Part shown: one piece after another, positions 37,428 through 51,691 of the stretch
How the letters are laid out: each line of letters opens with the position of its first letter
Numbering within the stretch: position 1 is the stretch's first letter
Origin: Octopus sinensis
Taxonomy: Eukaryota
Direction of reading: 5' to 3'
DNA: 64,000 bases
Assembly: GCF_006345805.1 (NCBI RefSeq)
Contig: NC_043003.1
Span: 65,348,001-65,412,000 of the forward strand
Position numbers and translations under genes: made by a program
Notes under the pieces: model-generated
The model's input: the letters and a program-made list of their open reading frames with translations, nothing else
Told to the model about the DNA's origin: nothing
The model's database searches: none

Positions 37428-38262
37428 CGGCCCTGGGATTTGTAACACACTGCCTAAATACCAATCATGAGAAATTAGGCTTCGCAAAACCAGAAAGGAG
37501 AAAGCTAATTCACAGACTACACATCCAATCCATCATTGGAACTGTAAAAATATGTAATCCTTTCCGGAAGTTTATCATTTAAATATATATGCGCATGTTT
37601 AGATATGTAACTATATGCATGAGAATACATACATAAAACATGAAATGACCCAATGAAATCATCAATAAAATGTAAACACTGATATAATGATTTTGGATAG
37701 AGAAGAGAAACTGTGCACAGTTGTGGAAATCATCTGGCCGGCGGATGCTAACATAAAGGTAAAGATCAGTGAAAAACAGAATACCTAGGCTGAACTATTG
37801 AGAAATCTACTGTTACGCTATCCAGATTACAAGTTCAGGTTTATACTTGTAATTATTGGGGCCCTGAGATATGAACAAGTTGCCTAAATACCAATCCTGA
37901 GAAATTAGGCTACTCAAAACCAGAAAGAGAAAGCTGATTCGAAGACTACAGATCCAAGCCGTCACTGGAGCAGTAACAGTCTTTAAATTTTCCAGAAGTT
38001 TATCGCTTAAATATATATATATATATGTGCATGTTTAGATATGCAACTAGATGCATGTGAATACACAGAATACACATTCATACATACATACATACATACA
38101 TACATACATACATACATACATACATACATACAAACATGTAATAAAAATACCCTGTTTTGGATGTTGAAATTCGACTGAAGGAACCTTGGACCTAAGTTAG
38201 AAATTGTCTTCCTCTATTGGCAAAAAATCTTGAAATAAAACTGACTAATGTCATACATACGT
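37428..38262 (+). mobile_element. Two tandem 3' fragments of a REL-endonuclease non-LTR retrotransposon in (TACA)n
   Basis: DIMILDREEKLCTVVEIIWPADANIKVKISEK..T*AELLRNLLLRYPDYKFRFILVIIGAL (REL PD..E..K pattern); the C-terminus GFAKPERRKLIHRLHIQSIIGTVKIC occurs twice. Confidence 0.75.
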
Positions 38263-39754
38263 AAACTCATGTGTGTACTCGATGCTCTGGAGAGGAAGAA
38301 TACCGCGTATTAATATATAGAAGGTACAGTGTTGGTCAAAAGGTAGGCGAGGAATTTTAGTATATATAGTGGGTTGGATCACCTGAGTAAACGAGGTACA
38401 AGACCAGGTATCTCTGAAGATTAAAGGTATCATATTGTAGTGTACTGTTATGTTACAATGAAAAATACATTGAGGGAAGTCAAAGCGCTTGTTACCCAGA
38501 GTCTATAGTGTGTTCGTTGTTTGCAACAGATAAGCAAATGAAGATTATATCAGTAATCAACCTGGAGGTTATCCGTTAGCGAAGGCAAATAGGTGATATT
38601 AAATAAATATTGGGAATGTTTTTTCCGACACAGAATCTGTAGGAAGTATTCGAAAATTTCATAAGTTCTTTTGAATCCATCGCAATGTCGGAAAGCCTTC
38701 CATAACATTTAGTATCTAAATCCAGTGGTCACAGGCGTTTCACCACTTAAACTGTCCGCTTAAATATTTCAAACAATAAATACTTTAATGGCTTATGTCT
38801 GATGCTCAATAAAATTTATCTGACACCATAAGCAAATAAAAATACCCTACATTATTAAATCTGTAATTATGAATATTCGGATCATATCAGAAGACATTAC
38901 GATATTGAAAATGCACTGGAGCAGCTTCCCGAGTTTATTAACATATTTTTAATACAAAGTTTGCGCACAAATGTAGTAAAAATCTTAATTACACACGGAT
39001 CTTTAATAATAACCATTATAGAAGAATAGGAACTTAACAGAGAATAGGAAATAAAAACTGGACCGAGAATACTAAGCTTCTTACAGACAGACTCACAAAT
39101 TTTAGTTGGAATGAATAACATTAGTGTTTAGATTCCACTTGGTTTGTTCTCAGAATCGTGCACTTAAATGTTTATGCCGGCTTATAAGTAATTAAACATA
39201 TATTGGTTGGTTTATTTTTCAATGTTGTCCTCCTGAGTTCAAACGCTTTTTCTATTGATTTACTAATCCCCCCAAATTTTTATATTTACTTTATTTATTC
39301 ATTCTTGAAACTATTTGGCTAAGCATCAAAGATATTTTTGCAAATTGTTCTTCTCTCCTTTGAGTATTTGATCTTTAGAGATGTATAATTCCTCTACAAA
39401 CACACTGGCTGTTATTCTTCAATATTCTCAATGAATTTTTTTTGCTCTGTTTTTGTTGTTCTATTTTTTTTTCAGCCACAAATTTCCATTGATCCGCTTA
39501 ACTGTTTAGGTAACAAAACTATTTCTTATTTCAGCTTTGAACTATCGAATTTATTTATAAAATGCTCCATTACTTATTTACGTCTCTTTAAAACTATTTC
39601 GTTATATAATAATTATGTTTCTGCACTGTTGGAAGAAGAGCTAGAATGTTGCACACTAGCTGGGAAAGAGGTGTATTGAAAGAAGCTCACTATGCGAGCG
39701 GGTTTCGGTTACCAGTCAATTACAGTCGTTCTGTTTATTTCTAATTCCTTTAAA

Positions 39755-40392
39755 GCGGCGAGCTGGCAGAATAGTTAGCACACCGGAGAAAGTACTCAGC
39801 GGCTTTTCTTCTGGTTAAAATTCTGAATTCAAAATTTTCCCGATGCCAACTTTGCCATTCATCATTTCGGGGTCGATAATCTAAGTATCAGTGGGTCAAT
39901 GAAATCGACTGGGCTCTCCCACAAAATTTCAGGCCCTGCGCGTATAGTTGAAAAGATTATTTCTAATGCCTTTCAGTAAACGAAAAAAATGCCACTTAAA
40001 TGGAGAGGTGTATATGCATATGCTATAGCATTTACCCTAATTCAAGAATAAGAGGCGTGAAGGCGCATGGCTCCGTGGTTAGAGCGTCGATCTTACGATC
40101 GTGAGGTTGTGAGTTCGAATCCCGGACCGGGCTGCGTGTTGTATTCTTGAGCAAGACACCTTATTTCACGTTGCTCCAGTTCACTCAGCGGTAGATATGA
40201 GTTGCGATGTCACAGGTACCAAGCTGTATCGGCCTTTTGCTTTCCCTTGGATAACCCTGGTGGAATTGAGAGGGTAGGACGGTATGCATGGGCGACTGCT
40301 GTTCTTCCATAAACAACCTTGCCCGGACTTGTGCCTGGGAGGGTAACTTTCTAGGTGCAATCCTACGGTCAGTCATGATCGAAGGAGGTCTC
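39755..40392 (+). mobile_element. SINE family B (39755-39955) and SINE family D full copy (40057-40392)
   Basis: ggcgcatggctccgtggttagagcg...gagttcgaatccc A/B boxes; ttcttgagcaagacac body. Confidence 0.88.
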
Positions 40393-40569
40393 AACAAATA
40401 TGCATTTGCTATAGCATTTACTCTAATTCAAGAATGAGAGGTAACTGATGATAATCTACGTCAGAAACAGTTTGTTCATAAGAGAATTTATAGAGTAGAG
40501 GGATAAATTCATTAGTTCTTAAGACTGAGTGAAATGATCAAACACTTCTATGGACTCTCCTTTAGTTTT

Positions 40570-41359
40570 CGAAGTGGTGGTATCAAAAAGTTCCCGAACT
40601 TCTTGTGAGCGCCAAAATGGCAGCACACGGTTGCGTGTGCAGCGGGAGCTAGTAGTGAACTTCATGAGTGACATCACTGTGTTTACTTAGCAAGTTGTGA
40701 AATTTGTGTTTTTGTGATCACGTGTATGCTGTAGCCTGTGATTTGGAAGAGTCAACGGGAAATTTTGCGTTTGACTTGGGACGTCTGCTACAAAAACATT
40801 GAACATGCTTCAGCAAGCTTACGGCGATGAAGCAATGGAAGAGGCTTTCATCTCCACGACCAAAGAAGGCATGACAGTGCCGGAACTCAATCAAGAGTAC
40901 GCTCACCATGTTTTTCGACATCCGTGGTATTGTGCTTCAAGGATTCGTCCCCCGGTGCCAGACCGTCGGTCGAGAGTTCTACTGCGAGGTTTTGAAGCGT
41001 TTGAGGGAGGACTGGATTTGCGGGGCACGAAGAATTGGATTCTTCACGGCGACAATGCACCCTGTCACCGAGCCCCATTCCCGAGATCTGGGGATTTTTA
41101 TCCCTTCCTAAAGATGAAAATACGTCTCAAAGGTCGCTGCTTTAACACCATTGTTGAGACCAAGAGCGAATCGCAGAAGGTCCACAGCTAGCTTCAGGAA
41201 ACGGCTTCTTGGCCGGATTGGAAATGTAGCAGGAAGCCTGGCACCGGTGTATTGCTGCGCAAGGTGACTATTTCGAAAGAGATTATGTTAAAATTTAGGC
41301 AAAGTAGTTATTTTTTATTAGACATAACCAGTCCGGGAAGCTTTTGATATAACGTCGTA
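40570..41359 (+). mobile_element. Internally deleted mariner with both TIRs
   Basis: cgaagtggtggtatcaaaaagttcccgaact / agtccgggaagcttttgatataacgtcgta; relic motifs MLQQAYGDEAM, FFDIRGIV, WILHGDNAPCH, FLKMKIRLKGRCF. Confidence 0.88.
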
Positions 41360-41754
41360 TATTCTCAACGTCAGCTTAATCCCAACACACTATTTTTTCT
41401 GGTTATCATATGAAGTTGTTATTAAATTTAGGTTTTCTTCTTTGGATTCAATAAAGGTTTGTATCTTTTAATCCCATTAATTATTGAGTTTTTGGTTTCA
41501 TTTCAGTATTTTAAATACGTATATCTTGTGCAGTTACGAGTATACAATGTATAAACACAGTTATTAAAATAAACTATACTTTTCGCAAATTGCAGTCGAA
41601 AGTACACAAATACGCTCTCTCAGCCGGCCTCATATTTGACCCAGTGGGACATTGAGGCTGTGATAACTGGAGATACAGAGGAGGACATCAATACTTAAGA
41701 CAATAAAACTGAATATGTAGGTATACAATACATATAATATACAGGCGCAGGCGT

Positions 41755-42525
41755 AAGGCGGCGAATTGGCAGAATTGTTAGCACACCAGGCGAAAAGATT
41801 AGCGGTGCTTTGTGCTTCTTTACGTTCTGAGTTCAAATTCCGTCGAGGTCGACTTTACTTTCATCCTTTCGGGGGTCAATAAATTAAGTAGCATTTGCGT
41901 ACTGAGGTTGATCTAATCGACTGGTCCCCCTCCCACCAAAATTTCAGGCCTTGTGCCTATAGTAGGAAAGTATTTTTACGTTATGCGTTCAAAGTCTGCC
42001 GAGGTCGATTTTGCCTTTCATCCTTTCGGGGTCGATAAATTAAATACCAGTTGTGTACTGGGTCGATGTAATCGACTGGCCCCCTCCTCCAAAATTTCGG
42101 GTCTTGTTCCTAGGGTGCAAAATAATAGTTAACCTCTGAATGATTTCAAATTTTGCTACAAGAACAATAATTTTGAGGGAGGGGATGAATCGATTACATC
42201 TATCACAGTCTTCAACTGGTACTTATTTTTTCGACCCGGAAGGATGAAAGACAAAGTCGACCTCGGCGGAATTTGAACTCTGAACGGAGCGACTGGTGAA
42301 CGGAGCGACTGCTAATGATTCTTCCAGCGTACCTTCTCCATGCCACCGATGTAATCCAAGGGAAAGGCAAAAGCCGACTCAGCTTGGCACAGTGACGTGG
42401 CAACTCATTTCTATAGTTACTATAAAGCGTATTGCTAAAGAACACAACACACAGCCCGGTCTGAGAATCGAACTAAGTACCTCATGATTGAAAGTCCCAC
42501 GCTCTAACCACTGAGCCATGCACCT
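41755..42525. mobile_element. SINE cluster: family B (+) 41755-42125 (two copies), family B (-) 42130-42290, family D (-) 42365-42525
   Basis: Diagnostic cores. Confidence 0.85.
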
Positions 42526-42785
42526 CCACAATTTTATATTTAATACCTGTAATAAGTCCAGCTTTTCATCGGAGGTCATACATTCGTGGATATTTAAATG
42601 CATACATAGAAACATACATACAGAAGTGAATGTGTGTGAGTGTATGCCTGTCGTTTTTCTTTCCTCTCTGCTTCACTGTCATACAATTTATTTAAGCTAA
42701 TCATTAACCTGACGTGCAAAAACAAGAACTCAGCTATTAGTGCCTATTTATACGTATGTATGTGCATGACTGTGTGCATGTAAAC

Positions 42786-42834
<49 letters not shown>

Positions 42835-42945
42835 CATATACACACACACATACACACACACATATATACACACACACACATATATACACACACACACATA
42901 CACACACGCACACATATATACACACACACATACACACACACACAC

Positions 42946-42981
<36 letters not shown>

Positions 42982-44204
42982 GGATACATGGAAGTGTGTG
43001 TGTGAGTGAGGTGTGTGTGTGAGTGAGGTGTGTACGTGTGTGTTTGGCGTAAATATGTCGATAGTTTGGTGCAGGAGGGAGTAGAGAGTCTGAATGCGTT
43101 AATGTTGTTTATTTTTTTCTCGCGGTGTGAGTAGGTGTGAGCGTGCGTGTGCATCTGTGTGTGTGTGTTCTTGAAATTCGAAACGTCTTATTGTGAAGAC
43201 GTCGACGGGCGACATTGAAACAATGAACGATGTAGGAAAATTTATATATACATGCGAACACGCATACATAAATTACGTATATATATATATATATGTATCT
43301 GTGTTTGTGTGAGTGTGTGTGTGTGTGGGTGCATTTGTATGTGTCTGCGCGTATGTGCATGAGGACAGAATATACATGCAGGTCACATGTATATATCTAA
43401 TATTTATGATGCAAACATACCTATACATATTCATGTGTATATACATCTATATATGTACCTGCGTGTGTATAAATATGTACATATATGTATATATGTGTGT
43501 GTGTGTGTGTATCCATCTACACCCACACACAAATATATACGCATGTGTATATATAACATAACCATTCTACTTACACACAAGACATTTGGATGTATCCTCC
43601 ACCATCACGTCGTTATTGACTCCTGTCCTTAGGGGCGATGCTTTCTGATATTTCCAATAAACAGTATCAACAACAGCTTATAGAAATCTTTTATTTTTTA
43701 CAGTCTAGAAGAGCCACGGACTTCAGAAATATTTCAGCAGGCTTTTTACTTGCGGCGTAGCTGTAGTTGATATTCAGATAGCGTTTGATTGAATCAATCA
43801 CATGAATTCTTTGAAAGGATAATCTGTCAAATCTTCCTCAGAGGTGTTTATTTATAAATCATAGTTAAGCAATGTATTGCCTTTCGTATGCCACCGTTAG
43901 TGAAAGAGGAGAAATAACAGAGGATGATTTAGTTAAGGTAAAGTAGTTGCCAACACGTTATTCGAAGAACTGGGTGTGCATAAACGTTCAATGAAAAGTT
44001 TTCATAACACCCACACACATAAACACACACAAACTCACCCGCGCACACATAAATATATGTTTATGTACTTATTCATTTATGTCCATATATGTCCCTATGT
44101 ATGTTCATCACATGCTTGACAAACATGTATGTTCATGTATGCTATGTATGTCTGTGAGTGTGTGTATGTGTATGTGTATGTGAGTGTGTGTACTTGAGCG
44201 CTAA

Positions 44205-44365
44205 AGCGGAGGAGTGGATGTGTGGTAAAAAGCTTGCTTACCAACCACATGGTTCCTGGTTCAGTCCCAATGTGTAACATCTTGGGCAAGTGTCTTCTAC
44301 TATAGCCTCGGGCCGACCATAGATGTGTGAGTGAATTTGGTGGAGGGAAACTGAAAGAAGCCTGT

Positions 44366-44461
<96 letters not shown>

Positions 44462-44672
44462 TGTGTCTGTGTATGTTTGTGCGTCTGTGTTTATCCCCTC
44501 ACCACAATGGATCTTGGTGTGTTTATTTCCCGTAACTTAGTGGTTCGGTAAAAGAGGCCGATAGAATAGTACTAGGCTTACAAAGATTAAGTCCTGGGGT
44601 CGATTTGGTCGACTAAAGGCGTTGCTCCAGCGTGGCCGCAGTCAAATGACAGAAACAAACAAAAGGATAGAA
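44205..44672 (+). mobile_element. SINE family A, full copy
   Basis: Head, internal (TA)n(TG)n and 3' tail present. Confidence 0.9.
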
Positions 44673-44752
44673 GAATATATATATATATATATTATGGATC
44701 TCTCACGTTTTCTCTCCGACTTTTATACCTACATACATACATATATACATAC

Positions 44753-44809
<57 letters not shown>

Positions 44810-45470
44810 GTGTGTGTGTGTGTATACATCTATATCTATATGTATGTATGTATGCGTGTATGTATGTATGTATGTATGTATCTATCTATCTATACACAAA
44901 CCCACACACATCCACTCATAATAACTTGTTATTTTTTACACATCACGTACGCAATATTTATTTTCTTCTTTCCATTGTTATCAAGTTCATGGTCGTTATT
45001 ATTTTTATCATTGTTACTATTATTGTAACTTTAATTTCATTTTTGTTATCATCACCCAGCCACTTGCCTTCCTTTCACATGTTCTGTTTCTTAAGATAAG
45101 TGCCATCGCTTGTTGTTCTCTGACAGCGATGTCTCGGTATTTGAAGCTCCAATGGGACAGTGAAGAAATTCGAGCTGCGACCACCAAATGAGTTGTTACT
45201 GCTTTGGGAGGATCAAGAATAGCCCAGCATGCACTGCTGTGTCAACACGTCAGCTAGAACTGAACACTGGCTTTTTCCTGTCCATCAATTTGCCATCAAT
45301 ATATATATATATATATACATACATGCATACATACATGCATACATGCATACATACATATATGTATACATACATATGCTTACATATGTATATTTATAAATAT
45401 AAATATATAGATATGGACACACACATGCATATACACATACACACATAAATACATATGTATATTTATACAT

Positions 45471-45530
<60 letters not shown>

Positions 45531-45826
45531 AAATATACATGTGTGCGTGTATAATTTAATGTTTATTTAGATATCTATCTCATATAAATATATATATATA
45601 TATACACACACTCACACACACACACACACACACATACACATATATATATATATATATATATGATATATTACGTACGTGCAAGTATGTATATTATTTATAT
45701 ACATATGTGTTATATATACTGATATGTGTGCTCTATATACGAATACATGTGTATAAATTTGTTTGCGTTTTATATATATATTCATGTACACACACACGAA
45801 CATACAATACACATATATATACATGT

Positions 45827-45899
<73 letters not shown>

Positions 45900-46466
45900 A
45901 GTGTGTTTGTGTGTGTAATATCAACATAGATGAATAAAGAAATTAATGGGCATAAATATAAAGTAAACGTAAAAATAAAGGAAAATTATATAAAAATAAC
46001 ACGTAGAAATAATCCAACGATAGCTTGAACTGAAAGAAAATCAGTAACGACTACAAGACAGTCACTAAAGGCAGTAACATCTCTGCTCTCTGCCTTGATA
46101 GTTTCATTTTTCATTACAAATGTGTCAGTAAAAAGTCATCAGGCTGTCAATTTGGTTTGCCGAAGCATCGCTTCGAAATTGGAACTAATGGGTAAGTGTG
46201 AAAATAATGATATACATAAAACCCTTCTAAAATATTATTCTAAAACAAAATAAGGTAAAATATCAATACTAAAAGGAAAAAAAAAAGAAAAAAAAGAAAG
46301 AAAAATAGAAGAAAAATCCAAAGTTCCTGCCAATTTACCTTACAGGAATCAATCACAAAACTATATTCCGGAATATATCTCCGAGGAGTTTCTAACAATT
46401 ATTGTTGAGGAGCAATTCAATGTATCGCGTTTCCTAGGAATATCATCGTACACAAGTCACCAAGGA

Positions 46467-46810
<344 letters not shown>

Positions 46811-47598
46811 GATGCGTGTGTGTGTGAGTGTGTGTATATGCGTGTTTGTCTCTGTGTATGTGCGTGTATGTGTGTAAGCATTTGTGCGTGTACATACATA
46901 ATTCATACTTATGTATATATACATACACACACACACTTATAAATATATAACGTTATGGCAGGTATGAAGTATTTTATTTTGTGCTGCTGTAATTACTTTT
47001 ATTATCATACTGAGAGCTTAAAGATATTTATCGATGATATATCTTCTTTCCTATCCAGAGAAATATAACATATTAAAGCGGTTCTTCACTGCTACATTGG
47101 ATATTATACTTTACTGATCTGAAGTGACGGATGTACAAAAGAGTTCTCATAAAAGATGGATTTAATTCTCAGAGCATACTTACTTTTGCAGCCTAATCTT
47201 TATCTGTAACTAAATATTATTTCAAATTAGATATAACTTTAACATGGGACTATTTAATTTCGAAGCTTACGATTTTCTCTCTGTCTTTTACACTTTTTAA
47301 AGGTCTCGAAACGCATACGAAACTATTGCATCATATTTGAATATTCGAATTGTTCTCTTTATATTTGCAACGTTAGCAGATGTCATTTTCCTCGGCATAC
47401 TCTACCTCTTTCTCTCTAGGTCTCTGTATAAACGTGCGCGCGCGTACACTCACACTCCTGACATATAAACAGACGTTCACACGCATACATACATATGCAT
47501 TCTTACATAGATACATACATGCATACATACATACACACACACACATATATATTTATATATCGAATTTATAGAATCATATATATATATATATATATATC

Positions 47599-47845
47599 TT
47601 GGGTTGGTGTATGATTATTGCGGTTTTGTTTCAACGAATTTTATTGAACAAAAACAATAACAATATTTAACAAAAACATCTTTAAATGACGGTCTGACCA
47701 TCTGACAAGCAAATGGGAAGCAGTAATTGAAGTAGATGGTGAATATGCTTCGGAATATTCAGTTAAAGATGCTTTTGTTGAATGACATTGTTTTTGTTGA
47801 ATAAAATTTGTTGAAAAAAGCCGCAATAATTATGCCCCTACCTAA
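47599..47845 (+). mobile_element. Mariner-derived MITE (Hsmar1/cecropia-like TIR); duplicate at 48358-48602
   Basis: TIRs ttgggttggtgtatgattattgcggtttt / aaaagccgcaataattatgcccctacctaa; centre encodes a transposase C-terminal relic HLTSKWEAVIEVDGEY. Confidence 0.82.
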
Positions 47846-48033
47846 TATAAGCAAAACATTCAAACACTGAGATTTGAAATCAGATGTCACTACTGTTCAT
47901 ATCATCTGTGGATAAATTAAAAAAATTATGATATCACCAGCAGTGACATAGGTTGATCGCAAGCACAATAACATTAAATAGCTATGGATGGACATCTGAT
48001 TTCAAATCTCAATGTTTGAATGTTTTGCTTATA
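47846..48033. mobile_element. Hairpin MITE with ~43 bp TIRs; duplicate at 48603-48789
   Basis: tataagcaaaacattcaaacactgagatttgaaatcagatgtc / gacatctgatttcaaatctcaatgtttgaatgttttgcttata. Confidence 0.82.
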
Positions 48034-48105
48034 AAAATTTTTGGCGCCAAACAAAACCAGTTGCACAGGGTTTAACGTAACAGTTATGAATTATTGCTCG
48101 GTAGG

Positions 48106-48160
48106 CCACACTGACGAGGCTCAGAGTTTAATTACCCAAAAGCCGAAACCTGGTTTGTGG
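48106..48160 (+). ncRNA. Type I hammerhead ribozyme; duplicate at 48862-48915 lacks one T at the cleavage site
   Basis: CCACA-CTGACGA-GGCT.(19 nt).AGCC-GAAA-CCTGG-TT-TGTGG: stem I 5 bp, stem II 4 bp, near-palindromic stem III. Confidence 0.8.
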
Positions 48161-49082
48161 ATATCCCTAATTGCATAATATTATTCATTTGTGCTGCTAA
48201 ATGTTTTAATCCTTTCTGTTTTCCTCGCATACTGTTTTTTCTGTTATCTTGGTGCGATACGGTGGATAAATTTAAGACTTTAGTTCTTATTTCTAGCAGG
48301 TGGATGCTTGTTAAACATCATTACGCTTCGTGTATATATATATATATATAATATATCTTGGGTTGGTGTATGATTATTGCGGTTTTGTTTCAACGAATTT
48401 TATTGAACAAAAACATAACAATATTTAACAAAAACATCTTTAAATGACGGTCTGACCATCTGACAAGCAAATGGAAGCAGTAATTGAAGTAGATGGTGAA
48501 TATGCTTCGGAATATTCAGTTAAAGATGCTTTTGTTGAATGACATTGTTTTTGTTGAATAAAATTTGTTGAAAAAAGCCGCAATAATTATGCCCCTACCT
48601 AATATAAGCAAAACATTCAAACACTGAGATTTGAAATCAGATGTCACTACTGTTCATATCATCTGTGGATAAATTAAAAAAATTATGATATCACCAGCAG
48701 TGACATAGGTTGATCGCAAGCACAATAACATAAATAGCTATGGATGGACATCTGATTTCAAATCTCAATGTTTGAATGTTTTGCTTATAAAAATTTTTGG
48801 CGCCAAACAAAACCAGTTGCACAGGGTTTAACGTAACAGTTATGAATTATTGCTCGGTAGGCCACACTGACGAGGCTTAGAGTTTAATTACCCAAAAGCC
48901 GAAACCTGGTTGTGGATATCCCTAATTGCATAATATATTCATTTGTGCTGCTAAATGTTTTAATCCTTTTGTTTTCCTCGCATACTGTTTTTTCTGTTAT
49001 CTTGGTGCGATACGGTGGATAAATTTAAGACTTTAGTTCTTATTTCTAGCAGGTGGATGCTTGTTAAACATCATTACGCTTC

Positions 49083-49116
<34 letters not shown>

Positions 49117-49599
49117 TATATATACAAACACACATATATATACATACATCTCATAAACTAACAGAACTTAAGTTGCGTGGGGTAATGCAGAAGTAGAGAA
49201 AATACGTTAAATTTAAGGGAATCACAATTTGGTGCGATGTAATAAAAGCTTAATGTAATGTTTCAGGTTGTGTAATTGCTAGAAGTGCATCTGAGAGATG
49301 AAATGCATATAATCAATTTAAATTTAATTATTGTTTACGTAAACGCATGAACTTCGAAGTGTCTCGAAGACCAGTGAGTTTGATAAAATAAATGTTGCAT
49401 GTTGCTGACAGCTGCTGAAACGAAGAAAAAAAGAAGTAAAAACGAAAAACAACAAAAAATGAAACAAACAAATACCACCCTCTACACACGCGCACACATA
49501 AAAAAATAAACGTGTTGACGAAGAATTGCAGAAGTTTGAAGATGAACTGAAAAAAGAGGTAAAAGTGATCTCTGGAGCAGAAACAGCATGGGTGACATG

Positions 49600-49850
49600 A
49601 GAAAGAAATGAGTGGAGTGGTAGTTACGTTTGAGTGGAGGTGGGACGAGCTCAACCGTCTCTGAAGAGAAGAGTCTGGTAGAAATGGAAAAAGAGGACAT
49701 AGCACATATTTGGGGGAGAATTTGGAGTGTAAAATACACACGCACACACACAAACAATAGCCAATACCTACAAACGCAACGTCATCTAGCGCTGGATCAA
49801 TATTAAGTAAAATAAGCACGTGCTTAAGGCAACATGGAAAGGCAGGCAAT
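49600..49850 (-). promoter_or_regulatory. Possible promoter or 5' region (CRE-like, CCAAT, E-box)
   Basis: TGACGT (~49790), CCAAT (~49761) and palindromic AAGCACGTGCTT (~49814-49825) cluster in unique sequence; short motifs only. Confidence 0.2.
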
Positions 49851-50351
49851 CTAGAAATGGTACATGGTTTACGGCACAAAAAAAAATCACTTTCAACTTA
49901 CAAAAATAATATTGGAAGTGGTTTATATGATCGGAAATATATTTCGAAGTGTTTATGGTGTCATAATGAGGATCTGATCGAAGACTTTGCAATTAAAAAT
50001 GTACGAGAAAACTTTTTAAATAACGAGGAAGTATACAAAAATAAACATTATTTTCCATCTGATTGTTAGTTTTGTTTCATTTTGAAAAATAGAACAATAT
50101 TTTATGGTTTATTATTGTATATATTTTGAAATACACATATGAACGGGGGGGGGGACCAAATCTTTTAATTGCTTAGGGTATTTATAGATTATAATTTGGT
50201 TCTGACACCATCCCTAATAATAGCAAAATCATCACCATCATTAAAAACACCAGCATCAGTATTATAACAATGCTATCATTACGACACCCAGCACCACCTC
50301 CAACATGAATGAAAATATAACGACTGGTCAATAACCAATTGGTTTACAATT

Positions 50352-50590
50352 TACAGTAATTCTTTGCCATATCGCGGCTCACCTATCACGCACGCAGTAC
50401 ATCACGGTTCCACCTATAGCGCACTCAGTACATCACAGATCTCTGGCTAATATATGTAAATTTATATTGCGGACTCCTCGGTATATCGCGAGTTTCTGCA
50501 GCCAATATATATATATAAAGTTTTAGATTTTAACTATTTCTGTGGGAGGTCTTGGAACGCAGCACTCGCAATAATCGAGAGTTTACTGTA
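50352..50590. mobile_element. Tigger/pogo-like MITE
   Basis: Ends tacagtaattc...atcgcg / cgcaataatcgagagtttactgta; a similar right end occurs at ~57325-57378. Confidence 0.6.
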
Positions 50591-51282
50591 TATACAAACA
50601 GATTTCAGAAAATCTGTATAGCTGTACAAAACGGCACCCGAAGACAATCGCTGAATAACGAAATTCATATCAGAAAATTATATTGTAATTGTATAGAAAC
50701 AGTAAATAATGCTTAATTTCAGATTTATCCATATAAGCATATAGCTTCTACAAAAATCATTAGTGATGTATGATGTCATCAATTTTAAAACAATTTCTCA
50801 ATTAACAAATGAGTATTAGAAAGTAATCAATGTATTTCTGCACCTCATTTAGTTTCAATGAAAATAGAGAAAACCATTGTCCATAATGAAATCATTTGAT
50901 AGAAATATATTCTAAGTGCAACCACATAAATCAAACAAACATGCAAGACGTGAAAATATATTTCAGCTTCTACAATTTAAATCTTTGAGATCAAGAACGT
51001 ATATTTCATTACGTTCGGGCTGGGTTAGTCTCTACAATTCCTGGTTAATTATACACATGATATCCCCGATGAATGTGGTTATTTCTTAGTATTCACATTT
51101 ATTATCAATCATAAAATTTAATAGAAAAATTATTTGAATCATACGAAGACGTATATATTCATGAATAGTGTGACAGAAATACACACATTCACACACACAC
51201 ATGCACACACGCCTTCAACACCGAACTCAAGTAAATATAGCTATACATTTCGTTAATTCTTAGTACATACTTATTCGTAAGA

Positions 51283-51492
51283 CGGCGAGCTGGCAGAAAC
51301 ATTAGCACACCGGACGAAATGCTTAGCGGCATTTCGTCTGTCTTTTTGTTCTGAGCTCAAATTCTGCCGAGGTCGACTTTGCTTTTCTTCTTTCGGGAAC
51401 GATAAATTAAGTATCAGTTCCATACTGGTGTCGATCTAATCGACTGACCCCTTCCCAAAAAATTTCGGTCCTTGTGCCTGGAATAGAAGAGA
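51283..51492 (+). mobile_element. SINE family B, full copy
   Basis: gacggcgagctggcagaaac head and gaggtcgactttgc core. Confidence 0.88.
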
Positions 51493-51557
51493 ATACATAC
51501 GTATTCATAATTGCATGTGTGTGAATATGTATAACTATATATATATATCTTTCCCCT

Positions 51558-51645
<88 letters not shown>

Positions 51646-51646
51646 G

Positions 51647-51677
<31 letters not shown>

Positions 51678-51691
51678 CCTACCTATCTATC

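Larger units (their letters stand above)
47598..49085 (+). repeat. Tandem duplication of a ~735 bp unit (47598-48332 / 48357-49085)
   Basis: Copy 2 differs by about six 1-nt deletions and one substitution. Confidence 0.95.

Noticed and set aside
49328-49879. 183-aa minus-strand ORF and plus-strand DEELQKFEDELKKE segment
   Set aside because: Low-complexity composition; the plus frame is closed just upstream with no acceptor.
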